49,569 nucleotides of DNA, from positions 1 to 49,569 of the forward strand of contig CAIKWU010000045.1 in the NCBI GenBank assembly GCA_903831155.1, read 5' to 3'. The position numbers and the translations under genes are program-made. This DNA comes from an uncultured Planctomycetaceae bacterium. Its GTDB lineage: Bacteria > Planctomycetota > Planctomycetia > Pirellulales > UBA1268. The notes under the pieces were generated by a model. That model worked only from the letters and a program-made list of their open reading frames with translations, made no database searches and was not told the DNA's origin. The stretch's first letter is position 1; each line of letters starts with the position of its first letter. Positions 27,101-35,934 of the stretch are shown here, in pieces.

Positions 27101-27598
27101 GAGTTCACCGAGCGCCCACCAGACGCTCTCGACGAAGGACTGGTGGTAGGTGACGTAGGCCTTGGAGAGATCGATCCAGAAGCCGATCCGCTCCGTGAGC
27201 GCCTCCCACTCCTTCATGTAGCGCCAGACGCTCTCCTGGCACTTGTGGATGAAGGGCTCGACGCCGTAGGCCTCGATCTCGGCCTTGGAGTGGATGCCGA
27301 GCTCCTTGCAGACCTCCACCTCGACGGGCAGGCCGTGGGTGTCCCAGCCGGCCTTCCGCTCGCAGAACTGGCCCCGCATGGTGCGGTAACGGGGATAGAG
27401 GTCCTTGATCGTCCGGGTCAGGCAGTGGCCGGGATGGGGCATGCCGTTGGCCGTCGGCGGACCCTCGAAGAACACGAACCGCGAGGCACCACGCCGGCGG
27501 TCGAGCGACTTCGCATACGTGCCGCGGTCGCGCCACCAGGTGGCGATCGACGCTTCGAGGGCGGGAAAATCTGGCTGGCCGCGAACGGGGTCGAACAT
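24194..27598 (-). CDS. ileS: isoleucyl-tRNA synthetase (type 2, eukaryote-like)
   Basis: 1134 aa. HIGH motif [17 protein letters not shown] motif KMSKSKRN, editing-domain [11 protein letters not shown], long C-terminal extension lacking a zinc-finger Cys cluster. Confidence 0.95.
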   Translation of the reverse strand: MFDPVRGQPDFPALEASIATWWRDRGTYAKSLDRRRGASRFVFFEGPPTANGMPHPGHCLTRTIKDLYPRYRTMRGQFCERKAGWDTHGLPVEVEVCKELGIHSKAEIEAYGVEPFIHKCQESVWRYMKEWEALTERIGFWIDLSKAYVTYHQSFVESVWWALGELFDKGLLYQGHKIVWWWAQGGTALSSGEVGQGYKEVADPSVYVAFPLLDGAGRPTSRSLVAWTTTPWTLPSNQFAAVRADLDYVVLRDPTAADASEYVVAEPLAACLGEKLKKDLEVVDRFKGADLVGRSYLPPFDTFRQPGPPATALLAAGGAEPVAWRVVAADFVTTDSGTGIVHIAPAFGEVDYTVLVAEQARFNAGQGPTLINAVAPDGTFTDAFGMGSGRFVKDCDRDITRDLRGRGLLVHQEQYVHDYPFCWRADNDPLIQYPRQSWFIRTSQFRDQMLANNAAIDWLPEHIKDGRFGNFLETNVDWALSRERYWGTPLPIWVCEQTGRAEAIRSYADLLTKPGVAGVEVFAKAKAVNPQLSDDLKVHKPYIDAVTYDSPFAAGARMRRVTEVIDCWFDSGAMPFAQWGWPHRGQAEFEAQFPADFISEAIDQTRGWFYSQLAISTLLFGNGDRPWPHPFRTCIVLGHMLGEDGQKMSKSKRNYREPGEIFDKYGADALRWFFLAGQAPWTSIRYSERSIKESIPEFLLRLWNVYSFFVIYARIDGFDPGAVLADPGMLAAADLAGARGYRPVAERGELDRWMVSELNATAAAMTSKLDAYDHFGAAQDLSALVDAVSNWFVRRSRDRFWAAGRADGGPDTNQEKLDAYWTLYETLLTVARLAAPFVPFTTEAIWRNLAGAAFGGRAPESVHLTDYPVGDASLVDRDLVRRMAVVRDVASLGRAARAAEKLKVRQPLQKVEVVLAETLPGDSDWLQSHADLVCDELNVKQFEVCAEPDRYITRSILPDLKKLGPKLGKDLPKARDALAKADASALLSALASQGRAEVPLAGGGVAVIEKDDVLVRTTAKPGWAAAESPRAVVVIAKDLTPALVAEGLVREVVHVIQTQRKALDLEFTDRIDLVLATESAELRDALERHRDYVAGETLATGVTFGSPPADAQQHDIDGHPLAIAVAKAGSGETR

Positions 27599-27833
27599 GG
27601 GAGACGACGAGGGAGCAGGGCAGGGGCCGGCACATCGGGCGTCGCGGCCGGAAAGCCCGAAATCCTACCGTGGCGGGCGTTGGCCCCACAGGGGACCACG
27701 GTGACCGACGGCCGCCACGGCCGGCGTTGTTTGCCGGGTGACGGCCGTTCGCCACGTGATCCGGCGACACGCCTACACTTTCGCAGCGGTCGGCCGCCCG
27801 GCAGCCGACGAGTTCGACCGACACGCGACGCCG

Positions 27834-28493
27834 ATGCCACACCACCTGATCCTCGTCCCCACCGATCGGGAACGCCGCGTGATCTCGCCGCGGCTCGCTG
27901 GCGGCCTGGGCCCTGGCCACCGCGTCGAACTCTGCGGCTTCGGCATGGTGGCCGCCGCAGCCCGAACCTCGCTTCTCATCGCCGCAAGCGGTCCCTCGCG
28001 GGTGATCCTCGTGGGCATCGCCGGGAGCCTCGACGAGCGGATCCCGGTCGGCGAAGCCAGGCGATTCGACTCGGTCGCCTGCCATGGGATCGGTGCCGGC
28101 AGCGGTGCCGACTTCGTGCCGGCGGCGGTCATGGGTTGGCGGCAGTGGCCTGGCGACCCGCCCGATCCGGCGACCGCGATCGGCGACGTGCTGCCGTGCG
28201 GCCCCCCGGGGACTGCCTCAGGGCACACCGGGAACCTCCTGCTCACGGTGGCGTCGGCTGCGGGATGCCCGACGGAAGTTGCCCTCCGCCGACGACTCCA
28301 CCCCGAGGCGGCCGCGGAGGACATGGAGGGATTCGCCGTCGCCGTGGCGTGCCGCCTGCACGGGGTCCAACTCGACATCGTGCGGGGCATCTCCAACTCG
28401 GCGGGCCACCGCGACCCTGCCTGCTGGCGGACGGACGAGGCCCTCGAGGCCGCCGCGGAGATCGTCCTGCAACTCATCGCTGAAGGCCCATGA
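27834..28493 (+). CDS. mqnB: futalosine hydrolase (nucleoside phosphorylase family)
   Basis: About 219 aa. PNP_UDP_1-like: LILVPTDRE, CGFGMVAAAA, VILVGIAGSL, AEDMEGFAVA. The stop overlaps the mqnD start (ATGA at 28490). Start could instead be the ATG at 27738. Confidence 0.7.
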   Translation: MPHHLILVPTDRERRVISPRLAGGLGPGHRVELCGFGMVAAAARTSLLIAASGPSRVILVGIAGSLDERIPVGEARRFDSVACHGIGAGSGADFVPAAVMGWRQWPGDPPDPATAIGDVLPCGPPGTASGHTGNLLLTVASAAGCPTEVALRRRLHPEAAAEDMEGFAVAVACRLHGVQLDIVRGISNSAGHRDPACWRTDEALEAAAEIVLQLIAEGP

Positions 28494-29326
28494 CACAGCG
28501 GATTCGACTCGGCATCTCCCCGTGCCCGAACGACACCTTCGCCTTCCACGGCCTGATGACACGGGCCGTCGACTGGGGTGGGCTGCAGTTCGATGTCGAG
28601 CTGCTCGACATCGAGCGGCTCAACGAGCGGCTGCTGTGCGGCGACTTCGACGTCTGCAAGGCGAGTTTCCACGCCGCGCTCTCGGTCGTCGACGACGTGG
28701 TCGTGCTGCCCAGTGGGTCGGCGCTTGGATTCGGAGTCGGACCGCTGCTGCTCGCCGCCGAAGAGGGCACCGCGCCCGCCACCGTGGATCAGCTCACACT
28801 CTGTCCCGGCCGGCACACGACCGCGGCACTGCTCTACGAGCTCTTTCACGGTCGCACGACCCGGATCGAGCACGTCGTGTTTTCCGAGATCATGCCTCGC
28901 CTGGCGACGCGGCGGGCCGACTTCGGCGTCTGCATCCACGAGGGACGCTTCACGTGGCCGAAGCACGGATTGTCGCTCGTGGAGGACCTGGGCAGCCGCT
29001 GGGAGGCCGAGACCCGGTGCCCGCTGCCCCTCGGCGGCATCTTCGCAAGCCGGCGGCTTTCGCTGGAAACCGTCGCCACGGTGCAGCGGGTCATCCACGA
29101 TTCGGTGCGGTTCGCCCTTGCCGATCGATCCGCGGCGCTGCCGACGATGCGACGGCACGCCCAGGAGTTCGACGACGAGGTGCTGATGCAGCACGTCGAG
29201 CTCTACGTCAACGAGTGGACGACCGATCTGGGCGCGACGGGCGTGCGGGCACTGAGGGAGCTCTCGGCACGGGCGGCGGCAGCGGGACTCGGAGCCGGCG
29301 GCACGCTCGAGGTGCTCGCCGGGTGA
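28490..29326 (+). CDS. mqnD: 1,4-dihydroxy-6-naphthoate synthase (futalosine pathway)
   Basis: 278 aa. Diagnostic LGISPCPNDTFAFHGL N-terminus, PGRHTTAALL, IHEGRFTW, PLPLGGIFASRRL, MRRHAQEFDDEV. Matches MqnD rather than the MqnA paralogue as I remember them. Confidence 0.88.
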   Translation: MTQRIRLGISPCPNDTFAFHGLMTRAVDWGGLQFDVELLDIERLNERLLCGDFDVCKASFHAALSVVDDVVVLPSGSALGFGVGPLLLAAEEGTAPATVDQLTLCPGRHTTAALLYELFHGRTTRIEHVVFSEIMPRLATRRADFGVCIHEGRFTWPKHGLSLVEDLGSRWEAETRCPLPLGGIFASRRLSLETVATVQRVIHDSVRFALADRSAALPTMRRHAQEFDDEVLMQHVELYVNEWTTDLGATGVRALRELSARAAAAGLGAGGTLEVLAG

Positions 29327-29368
29327 AATCGCCGGCCGCGTTCACGGCCTGCCGGGCGATTCTCTATC

Positions 29369-30181
29369 ATGCCGTGGCCGCCCGCCGAGAGGAGCCGACG
29401 GCCACGGCCGCACCACGAGACCATGACCGCCTTTCCCGCCCTCGACGGTTTCGTGCTGATCGTCGGCAACGCGCGGAGCGGGTCGACGCTGCTGGGCGCC
29501 GTTCTCGACGGGCATCCCCGCATGGTGATCGCCAACGAGACCGCGGCCTCGGCCACCTTCTGGCGCGGACTCGACCGCGCGGCCATTCTCGACGAGGTGC
29601 TGGAGAACGCCGAGCGGAACGCGGGTGCCGGCCGGCCCTCGGAGGGCTACTCGTATCAGGTCGGCCCGCCGCCGTCGCTCAAGAGCGACGTGCGGATCGC
29701 CGGCGACAAGGTCTTCAACCCTGCCACGCTCCTGCTGCACGGAGACCACGGGCTGATCCCCTCCCTCGAGGATCGGCTCGGCGTGCCGGTGAGGCTCATC
29801 TACGCGATTCGCAATCCGTTCGACACGATCGCCACGATGCATCGCCGCAGCGGAGCCCCGATCGCCGATCGGATCCGCTGGTACTTCATGCACTGCGATG
29901 CCGCGGAGGCGATCCGCGATCGTCTCCCTCCCGACCGCTTCACCGAGTGCCACCACGACGACCTCTTGTCCGCGGCCGAAGCCGAGGTGTCGCGGTTGTG
30001 CGGGTTTCTCGGGGTTGAAGTGGATGCCGAGCACGTGGCGGCGGTGCGGGCGACGCTCTTCGCGAATCCGAAGCGGACGAGGTCGAACGTGGCTTGGGGG
30101 GGACATGACCTGACCGCCATCAGGAACGGGATCGCCCGATTTCCCTGCCTGTCGAGGTACGCGGGCACGGCGGTCGAGTGA
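29369..30181 (+). CDS. sulfotransferase-family protein (putative)
   Basis: 270 aa. PAPS 5-prime-phosphosulfate-binding-loop-like FVLIVGNARSGSTLLGAVL near the N-terminus and IYAIRNPFDTIAT (3-prime-phosphate-binding RNP-type segment). Alternative start at ATG 29423. Confidence 0.6.
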   Translation: MPWPPAERSRRPRPHHETMTAFPALDGFVLIVGNARSGSTLLGAVLDGHPRMVIANETAASATFWRGLDRAAILDEVLENAERNAGAGRPSEGYSYQVGPPPSLKSDVRIAGDKVFNPATLLLHGDHGLIPSLEDRLGVPVRLIYAIRNPFDTIATMHRRSGAPIADRIRWYFMHCDAAEAIRDRLPPDRFTECHHDDLLSAAEAEVSRLCGFLGVEVDAEHVAAVRATLFANPKRTRSNVAWGGHDLTAIRNGIARFPCLSRYAGTAVE

Positions 30182-30244
30182 TTCAGCGGCCGGGGCGTTT
30201 CTTGTGCACGCTATGATTGCGACACGCAGGCTCGAAGAAGACTC

Positions 30245-32251
30245 GTGGGCATTTCGGCCACTGGATCACGACCTTTGAACACGTTGAAAGCGTTCCTCGC
30301 GGCCTTGATTCTGGCACTCGCCGCCGACGCCCGTGCCGAGCGGCAGATGGAGAATCTCTCCCGCGGCATCGTCGCGGTGCCGCTCCAGCAGGGCGGGATG
30401 TTCGTCTCGTGGCGGCTGTTCGCGACCGATCCCGAGAGCGTGCGGTTCAACGTGTATCGACGGCAGGGCGACGCGTTAGCCACCTGCATCACCCCCGAGC
30501 CTCTGGCCACCGCGACGAGCGTGGTCGACGCGGGAGCCGACCCGGCGGCGGATCCCCATTACCACGTGCGACCGGTCGTCGACGGGGTCGAGGGGCCGGC
30601 GAGCCGCGAGGTGGAAGGCTGGCGACAGCGGTTCCTGGAAATCCCCGTGAAGCCGATCGAGGGCTACCGGCCGGGCGACGCGTCGGTGGGCGACCTCGAC
30701 GGCGACGGGGAACTCGAGGTGGTGGTGCATCAGGTATCACGACCCCGCGACAACGGTACGGCGGGGGTGACGGGGGAGCCGGTGCTCGACGCCTACGAGC
30801 TCGACGGCACCTTTCTCTGGCGGATCAACCTTGGGCGGAACATCCGCGAGGGGGAGCACTACACGCAGTTCATGGTGTACGACCTGGACGGCGACGGCCG
30901 GGCCGAGGTGGCCTGCAAGACGGCCGACGGCACCGTCGACGGTGCCGGCACGGTGATCGGCGATGGCGAGAAGGACTGGCGGACGCTCCAGCCCGGTTCC
31001 AATCGCGATGGCCGGATCCTCGACGGCCCCGAGTACCTCACCGTGTTCGACGGTCGGACGGGCCGCGGCCTCGCGACCGTGGACTACGAGCCTGGAAGGG
31101 GGCCGATCGACGGCTGGGGGGGCATCGGCGGCAACGCCGGCAACGACGCCTACGGGAACCGATGCGACCGGTTCCTGGCATGCGTGGCCTACCTCGACGG
31201 CGAGCGGCCGAGCCTCGTCACCTGCCGGGGCGTGTACGGCCGGATCGCGATCGTCGCCTGGGACTGGCGGGCCGGGCAGCTGACGAGGCGTTGGTCGTTC
31301 GACACCGGGGTCAGCCGGCCACCGTACGACGATGCGTCGCCCTACTCGGGCATGGGTGGCCACTCGCTCGGCGTCGGCGATGTCGATGGCGACGGCCGCG
31401 ACGAGATCGTCTACCAGGCGATGGTGGTCGACGACGACGGGACCGGCCTGTACACGACGGGCCTCCGCCACGGCGACGCGATGCACCTCGCCGACATCGA
31501 TCCGGACCGCGCGGGTCAGGAGGTGTTCAGCGTCCAGGAGAACGAGGAGGAGGTCGAGCGATTCCAGACGCCGGGGGCGGCGCTGCGGGATGCCGCGTCG
31601 GGCGAGATTCTCTGGAGCCACAGCCCGATGGCCGACGTCCCCGCCGGACTCGTCGCCGACATCGATCCGCGGCATCGGGGATGCGAGGTATGGGGGGGGC
31701 CGGGTGGCCTCCGGGACGCCCGGGGCCGCGAGATCGGGCCTTCGCCCCGCGAGGCCGACTGGTGCATCTGGTGGGACGGCGACCCGCTGCGGGAACTGCT
31801 CACCCCGGGCCGCGACTGGAGCCGAGCATTCGGACCCCGTGGCCCGGTGCCGACGCCTTCCGCAGGCACGGGGGCTCGCCGGCGGCCGATCACGAGGATT
31901 TCGAAGTGGAACGGCGTGGCGGGCGACACGGAGCCGCTCTTCGAGTGCGATGCGGCAGGCGTTTCGCGGGGGCCGGCTCTGCTCGGCGACCTGGTGGGAG
32001 ATTGGCGCGAGGAGATGCTGCTGGTGGCCCCCGGAGGCGAATCGCTGCGTCTCTACACCACGACGATGCCGACCGGCATGCGGCTCCCCACGCTGCTGCA
32101 CGACCCGCAGTACCGCCTGGGCCTTGCCTGGCAGAACGTCGTCTACAACAAGCCTCCGCACCCCGGCTTCTTCCTCGGCCACGGCATGGAGAGACCCCCG
32201 CGGCCCGCCCTGCGGCTCGTCGGCGACGGCGAGGCCCTGTCGCGGCCCTGA
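30245..32251 (+). CDS. rhamnogalacturonan lyase, PL11 family (YesW/YesX-like beta-propeller)
   Basis: 668 aa. Signal peptide LKAFLAALILALAADARA. Repeated Ca-binding VGDLDGDGELEVV / VYDLDGDGRAEV / VGDVDGDGRDEIV blades. RCDRFLACVAYLDGERPSLV, HGDAMHLADIDPDR and LLHDPQYRLGLAWQNVVYNKPPHPGFFLG are close to the Bacillus YesW family as I recall it. GTG start at 30245. Confidence 0.88.
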   Translation: MGISATGSRPLNTLKAFLAALILALAADARAERQMENLSRGIVAVPLQQGGMFVSWRLFATDPESVRFNVYRRQGDALATCITPEPLATATSVVDAGADPAADPHYHVRPVVDGVEGPASREVEGWRQRFLEIPVKPIEGYRPGDASVGDLDGDGELEVVVHQVSRPRDNGTAGVTGEPVLDAYELDGTFLWRINLGRNIREGEHYTQFMVYDLDGDGRAEVACKTADGTVDGAGTVIGDGEKDWRTLQPGSNRDGRILDGPEYLTVFDGRTGRGLATVDYEPGRGPIDGWGGIGGNAGNDAYGNRCDRFLACVAYLDGERPSLVTCRGVYGRIAIVAWDWRAGQLTRRWSFDTGVSRPPYDDASPYSGMGGHSLGVGDVDGDGRDEIVYQAMVVDDDGTGLYTTGLRHGDAMHLADIDPDRAGQEVFSVQENEEEVERFQTPGAALRDAASGEILWSHSPMADVPAGLVADIDPRHRGCEVWGGPGGLRDARGREIGPSPREADWCIWWDGDPLRELLTPGRDWSRAFGPRGPVPTPSAGTGARRRPITRISKWNGVAGDTEPLFECDAAGVSRGPALLGDLVGDWREEMLLVAPGGESLRLYTTTMPTGMRLPTLLHDPQYRLGLAWQNVVYNKPPHPGFFLGHGMERPPRPALRLVGDGEALSRP

Positions 32252-32493
32252 AGCAGGCCGGCCGCCGCGGCCGCCGCTCGGAGATCCCGCGGTCGATGAA
32301 CGCGGCATGAATTCCGCGTGAAGACGGCATGAAATCGGGTCGATCGGCGGTCCCCCGTGACCCGTTCGTTGCCCCTGGCCGTAGTCCGGGTGTAGTGATG
32401 CCCGAGGGCGGTGTGGTGGCGAGGTGAGGGTGGGGCGCGGTCCCTGCCCGTCGCCACGACGGAACGAGGCACTTGGTCACGACGAGGTGAACC

Positions 32494-35400
32494 ATGAACC
32501 CGCAGGATGTCTTTCGTTCGTTGATGGGGCGGTTTCCCACCCGACAGCTCCGACGCAGCGAGTGCCGACGCCTCGGTCGCGTGTTGCGGCGTGCGACGAG
32601 CCGGTTCGCCCCCGAGTCACTCGAGCCGAGGGCCATGATGTCGGCGACTGTGACCGACCTCGCGGACGTCTCGACCGCCACGCTGGGCATCGAGCCGGCC
32701 GCGGCCACCGCGGTGCTGCCGACCACCTACCCGATCACGTGGGCATGGAATCAGAACCTCACGTTCAGCGAGTTTCATCCCGCCGTCGACGTGCTGGCCC
32801 TCGACTGGTTCAGCGGCTCCGAGCTTCGGCTCGTCGATCAGGGGGGCAGCGCGGTGCTCTCGATCCCGTCGATGCAGCAGTCGTATCGGCTGCTCGGCGT
32901 GCCCCTCGCGAGCCTCACGGCGGCCAACTTCACGTGCAAGGATCCCTCGGCAACCGCCTCGATCGCGGAGGCCCTCGCGGCGGCGACGCCTCCGGCGACC
33001 GATCCCGTCGTCGATCCGACACCGGCACCCACACCGGCTCCCACACCGACTCCGCCCCCTGCCTCGTCAGCCGGGAGAGTGGCATTCACGGTGGTTTCTG
33101 ACTGGGGTTCCGGCTTCACCGGTGAGGTGGCGATCACGAACACCGGCACCGCGGCCGTCACCGACTGGACGGTCACCTTCGATTTCGACGGCGACATCTC
33201 GAGCATCTGGAACGGCACGATCGCGGGCCGGTCGGGCTCTACCTACACGGTGCGATCGGCCGGTTGGAACGCGTCGCTGTCCGCGGGTTCGTCAACGAAC
33301 TTCGGATTCGTCGGCGGTCCCGGGGGGAGCCAGGCGGTGCTGCGGAACCTCATGCTCGTCGGGGCTGGGGCAGTGCCCACCCCCGATCCCACACCGACGC
33401 CAACTCCGACACCGACTCCGACGCCCACACCGACTCCAACCCCAACCCCAACTCCGACGCCCACCCCAACTCCGACTCCAACCCCCGATCCCGGCCAGAC
33501 GCTCCTGCCGGGCGGTCTCAACTCGGGCAATGTGGGAGACCAACGGTGGGGCGAAGCGTACTTCGCACCCTACGTGGACATGGGCCTGTGGCCGGTCCCG
33601 AACCTCCTCGAGATTGCGACCACGCGGGGCGCGTCGCTGCTCAACCTCGGGTTTCTCCAGGCCACGCCGGACGGCAGGGCGGGCTGGGCCGGCCTGTCGG
33701 CGCTGACCCCGGATTCGCCGCATGAGCAGGCGGTGGCGATCAACCAGTCGATCAGGACCCTGCAAGCCGCCGGCGGCGACGTGATGATCTCGCTCGGCGG
33801 CGCGGCGGGCACGAGCCTCGCGGAGTGGCACGCATCGCGGAATCTCAGCGCCCAGGCCCTTGCGGCGGCCTACGTCGGAATCATCGACACCTACGGGCTG
33901 AGCCGCATCGACTTCGACATCGAGGGGGCGGCCGTCGCGGACGTGAAGTCGATCGCACTCAACAGCGAGGCCCTGCGGCTGGTGCAGCAGGCCCGCCCGG
34001 GGCTCGAGGTCTGGTACACGCTGCCGGTGCTCCCGACGGGGCTGACGAACGATGGCCTGAACGTGGTGCGGGCCGCGCTGCAGGCGGGCGTCGTGCTCGA
34101 CGGCGTGAACGTGATGGCGATGGACTACGGTGAGTGGGCGGCCCCGACCAGCGGTCCCAATGCCCAGTCGATGGGCGCTTACGCGATCGCTGCGGCACGG
34201 GCCACTCACGCCCAGATGACGACGCTGTTCGCCGACCATGGCCAGGGATTCGCGTGGCGGCAGGTCGGCGTGACGCCGATGATCGGCGTGAATGACGTGC
34301 TCAGCGAGGTGTTCACGGTGGCCGACGCCCAGCTCCTCGAAGACTTCGCCCGCGACCAGGGCCTGGGCATGCTCTCGATGTGGTCCGTCGCCCGTGACAA
34401 TCCCGGCACGCTCGGACAGGCCACGGCGATGGCATCAGGGCTGAGCGTGCCTGCCGGAGCCTTCAGCGGCGTGTTCAACGACTACGGAACGCAAAACGCC
34501 GTGACCGGGACCACTCCCACACCGACGCCCACTCCCACACCGACGCCTACTCCCACACCGACGCCTACTCCCACACCGACGCCTACTCCCACACCGACGC
34601 CCGGCGGGGAACTGCCGATCGCGGCCCACGACAAGATTCTGGCGGCCTACTTCCCCGAGTGGGGCATCTACGGCCGCAACTTCCAGGTGGCCGACGTCCC
34701 CGCCGCGCAGCTCACCCACCTCATCTACTCGTTTCTCAATCTCAAGAGCAACGGCGAGGTGGCCCTGTACGACAGCTTCGCCGCGGTCGAGAAGCGGTTC
34801 AGCGCCGCCGAATCGGTCTCCGGCGAGGCCGATCTCTGGTACTACCCGCCCGACGATCCGCGGTCGCAGCAGACCGTGTGGGGCAACTTCAACCAGCTGG
34901 CCCAACTCAAGGAGATGTATCCGCACCTGCGGGTGAGCATTGCGGTCGGAGGCTGGACGCTGTCGGGCCATTTCAGCACGGTCTGCGCCACGGCGGCCGG
35001 CCGCGAGACCTTCGCGAACTCACTGGTGAGGTTTCTCGACACCTACCGGATGTTCGACGGCATCGACTTCGACTGGGAGTATCCGGGCGGTGGTGGGCTG
35101 GAGGGCAACTCCACGAGCCCGAGCGACGGGGCCAACTACGCGAGTCTGCTCGGGCTGGTGCGGTCGAAGTTCGACTCCCTCGGCCAGCAGCTCGGCCGCC
35201 GCTACGAGATCTCCGTCGCCTCTCCGGCCGGCTACGACAAGATCGCCAACTTCAACCTCGCGGGGCTCGCCCCGAGCGTCGACTACTTCAACCTGATGGC
35301 CTACGACTTCCACGGCACCTGGGAGTCGACCACGGGCCACCAGTCCGCCTTCACGGGCGATGCCACGGGCTACGACGTGAAGACGGCCGTCGAGCTCTAC

Positions 35401-35907
35401 CTCACCGCGGGCGTCGCCCCGGGGAAGATCGTGCTCGGGGCTCCGCTCTACACGCGGGGCTGGAGCGGCGTGGCCGACGGTGGCGACGGGGGCTATCTCG
35501 AGAAGGCATCGGGGGCGGCTCCCGGCACGTTCGAGGCGGGCGTCTACGACTACAAGGATCTGCTCGCCCAGGTCCGCGATCCCTCGAGCGGCTGGCAGCT
35601 CTACTGGGACGACACGGCGCAGGCGGCCTATGTCTACAACCGTTCGCAGGGACTGTACAGCTCCTTCGAGACGCCCACGTCGATCGCCCAGAAGGCCCAG
35701 TGGGCCGAGGACATCGGCCTCGGCGGCATGATGTTCTGGGACATCACCAACGATGCCGTCGGCTCGCCCGAGAGTCTGGTCCGCGCGGCCTACGACTCGT
35801 GGGTCCTCGACGACGACCTGGCCACGATCCGCAGCCGCTCGTCGCTCACGAGCGAGGTGATCGTGGGCGGCGACGGGGTGATCGGTCTTTTGCCGCCACT
35901 GGGTTGA
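32494..35907 (+). CDS. secreted chitinase-like enzyme: N-terminal unknown domain, CBM2, GH18 (ChiD-like), GH18 (ChiA/B-like)
   Basis: 1137 aa. CBM2-like [22 protein letters not shown]...WTVTFDF...WNASL...NFGFVG at about 33073-33363. First GH18 with YFAPYVDMG...ISLGGAAG...RIDFDIEG (33550-34488, catalytic motif at 33910). Second GH18 with [15 protein letters not shown]...LIYSF...[12 protein letters not shown] (from 34627, motif at 35056-35085). Domains are separated by Pro/Thr linkers. Confidence 0.9.
   Translation: [1137 protein letters not shown]
33376..33489 (+). repeat. coding (Pro-Thr)n linker 1, degenerate 6-nt periodicity
   Basis: Encodes [36 protein letters not shown]. Synonymous codons vary between units (ccgacg/ccaact/ccgaca...), so the DNA repeat is imperfect. 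Confidence 0.9.
34513..34602 (+). repeat. near-perfect 18-bp tandem repeat x5 (ACTCCCACACCGACGCCY) encoding (TPTPTP)5 linker 2
   Basis: Units at 34513, 34531, 34549, 34567 and 34585. They differ only at the last base (C/T). Confidence 0.95.
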
Positions 35908-35934
35908 CCCATCCGGCCACACCGGCAACGACCA

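Noticed and set aside
24128-28483. 1451-aa ORF on the plus strand
   Set aside because: It is entirely antisense to ileS and purN, which have unambiguous HIGH/KMSKS and PurN motifs. The translation is Arg/Gly/Pro/Asp-rich with no motif. It is the typical stop-free antisense frame of a high-GC genome.
33376-34602. CRISPR-like or microsatellite interpretation of the regular short repeats
   Set aside because: The repeats are in frame inside a well-supported gene and encode Pro-Thr interdomain linkers. There are no spacers and no leader.
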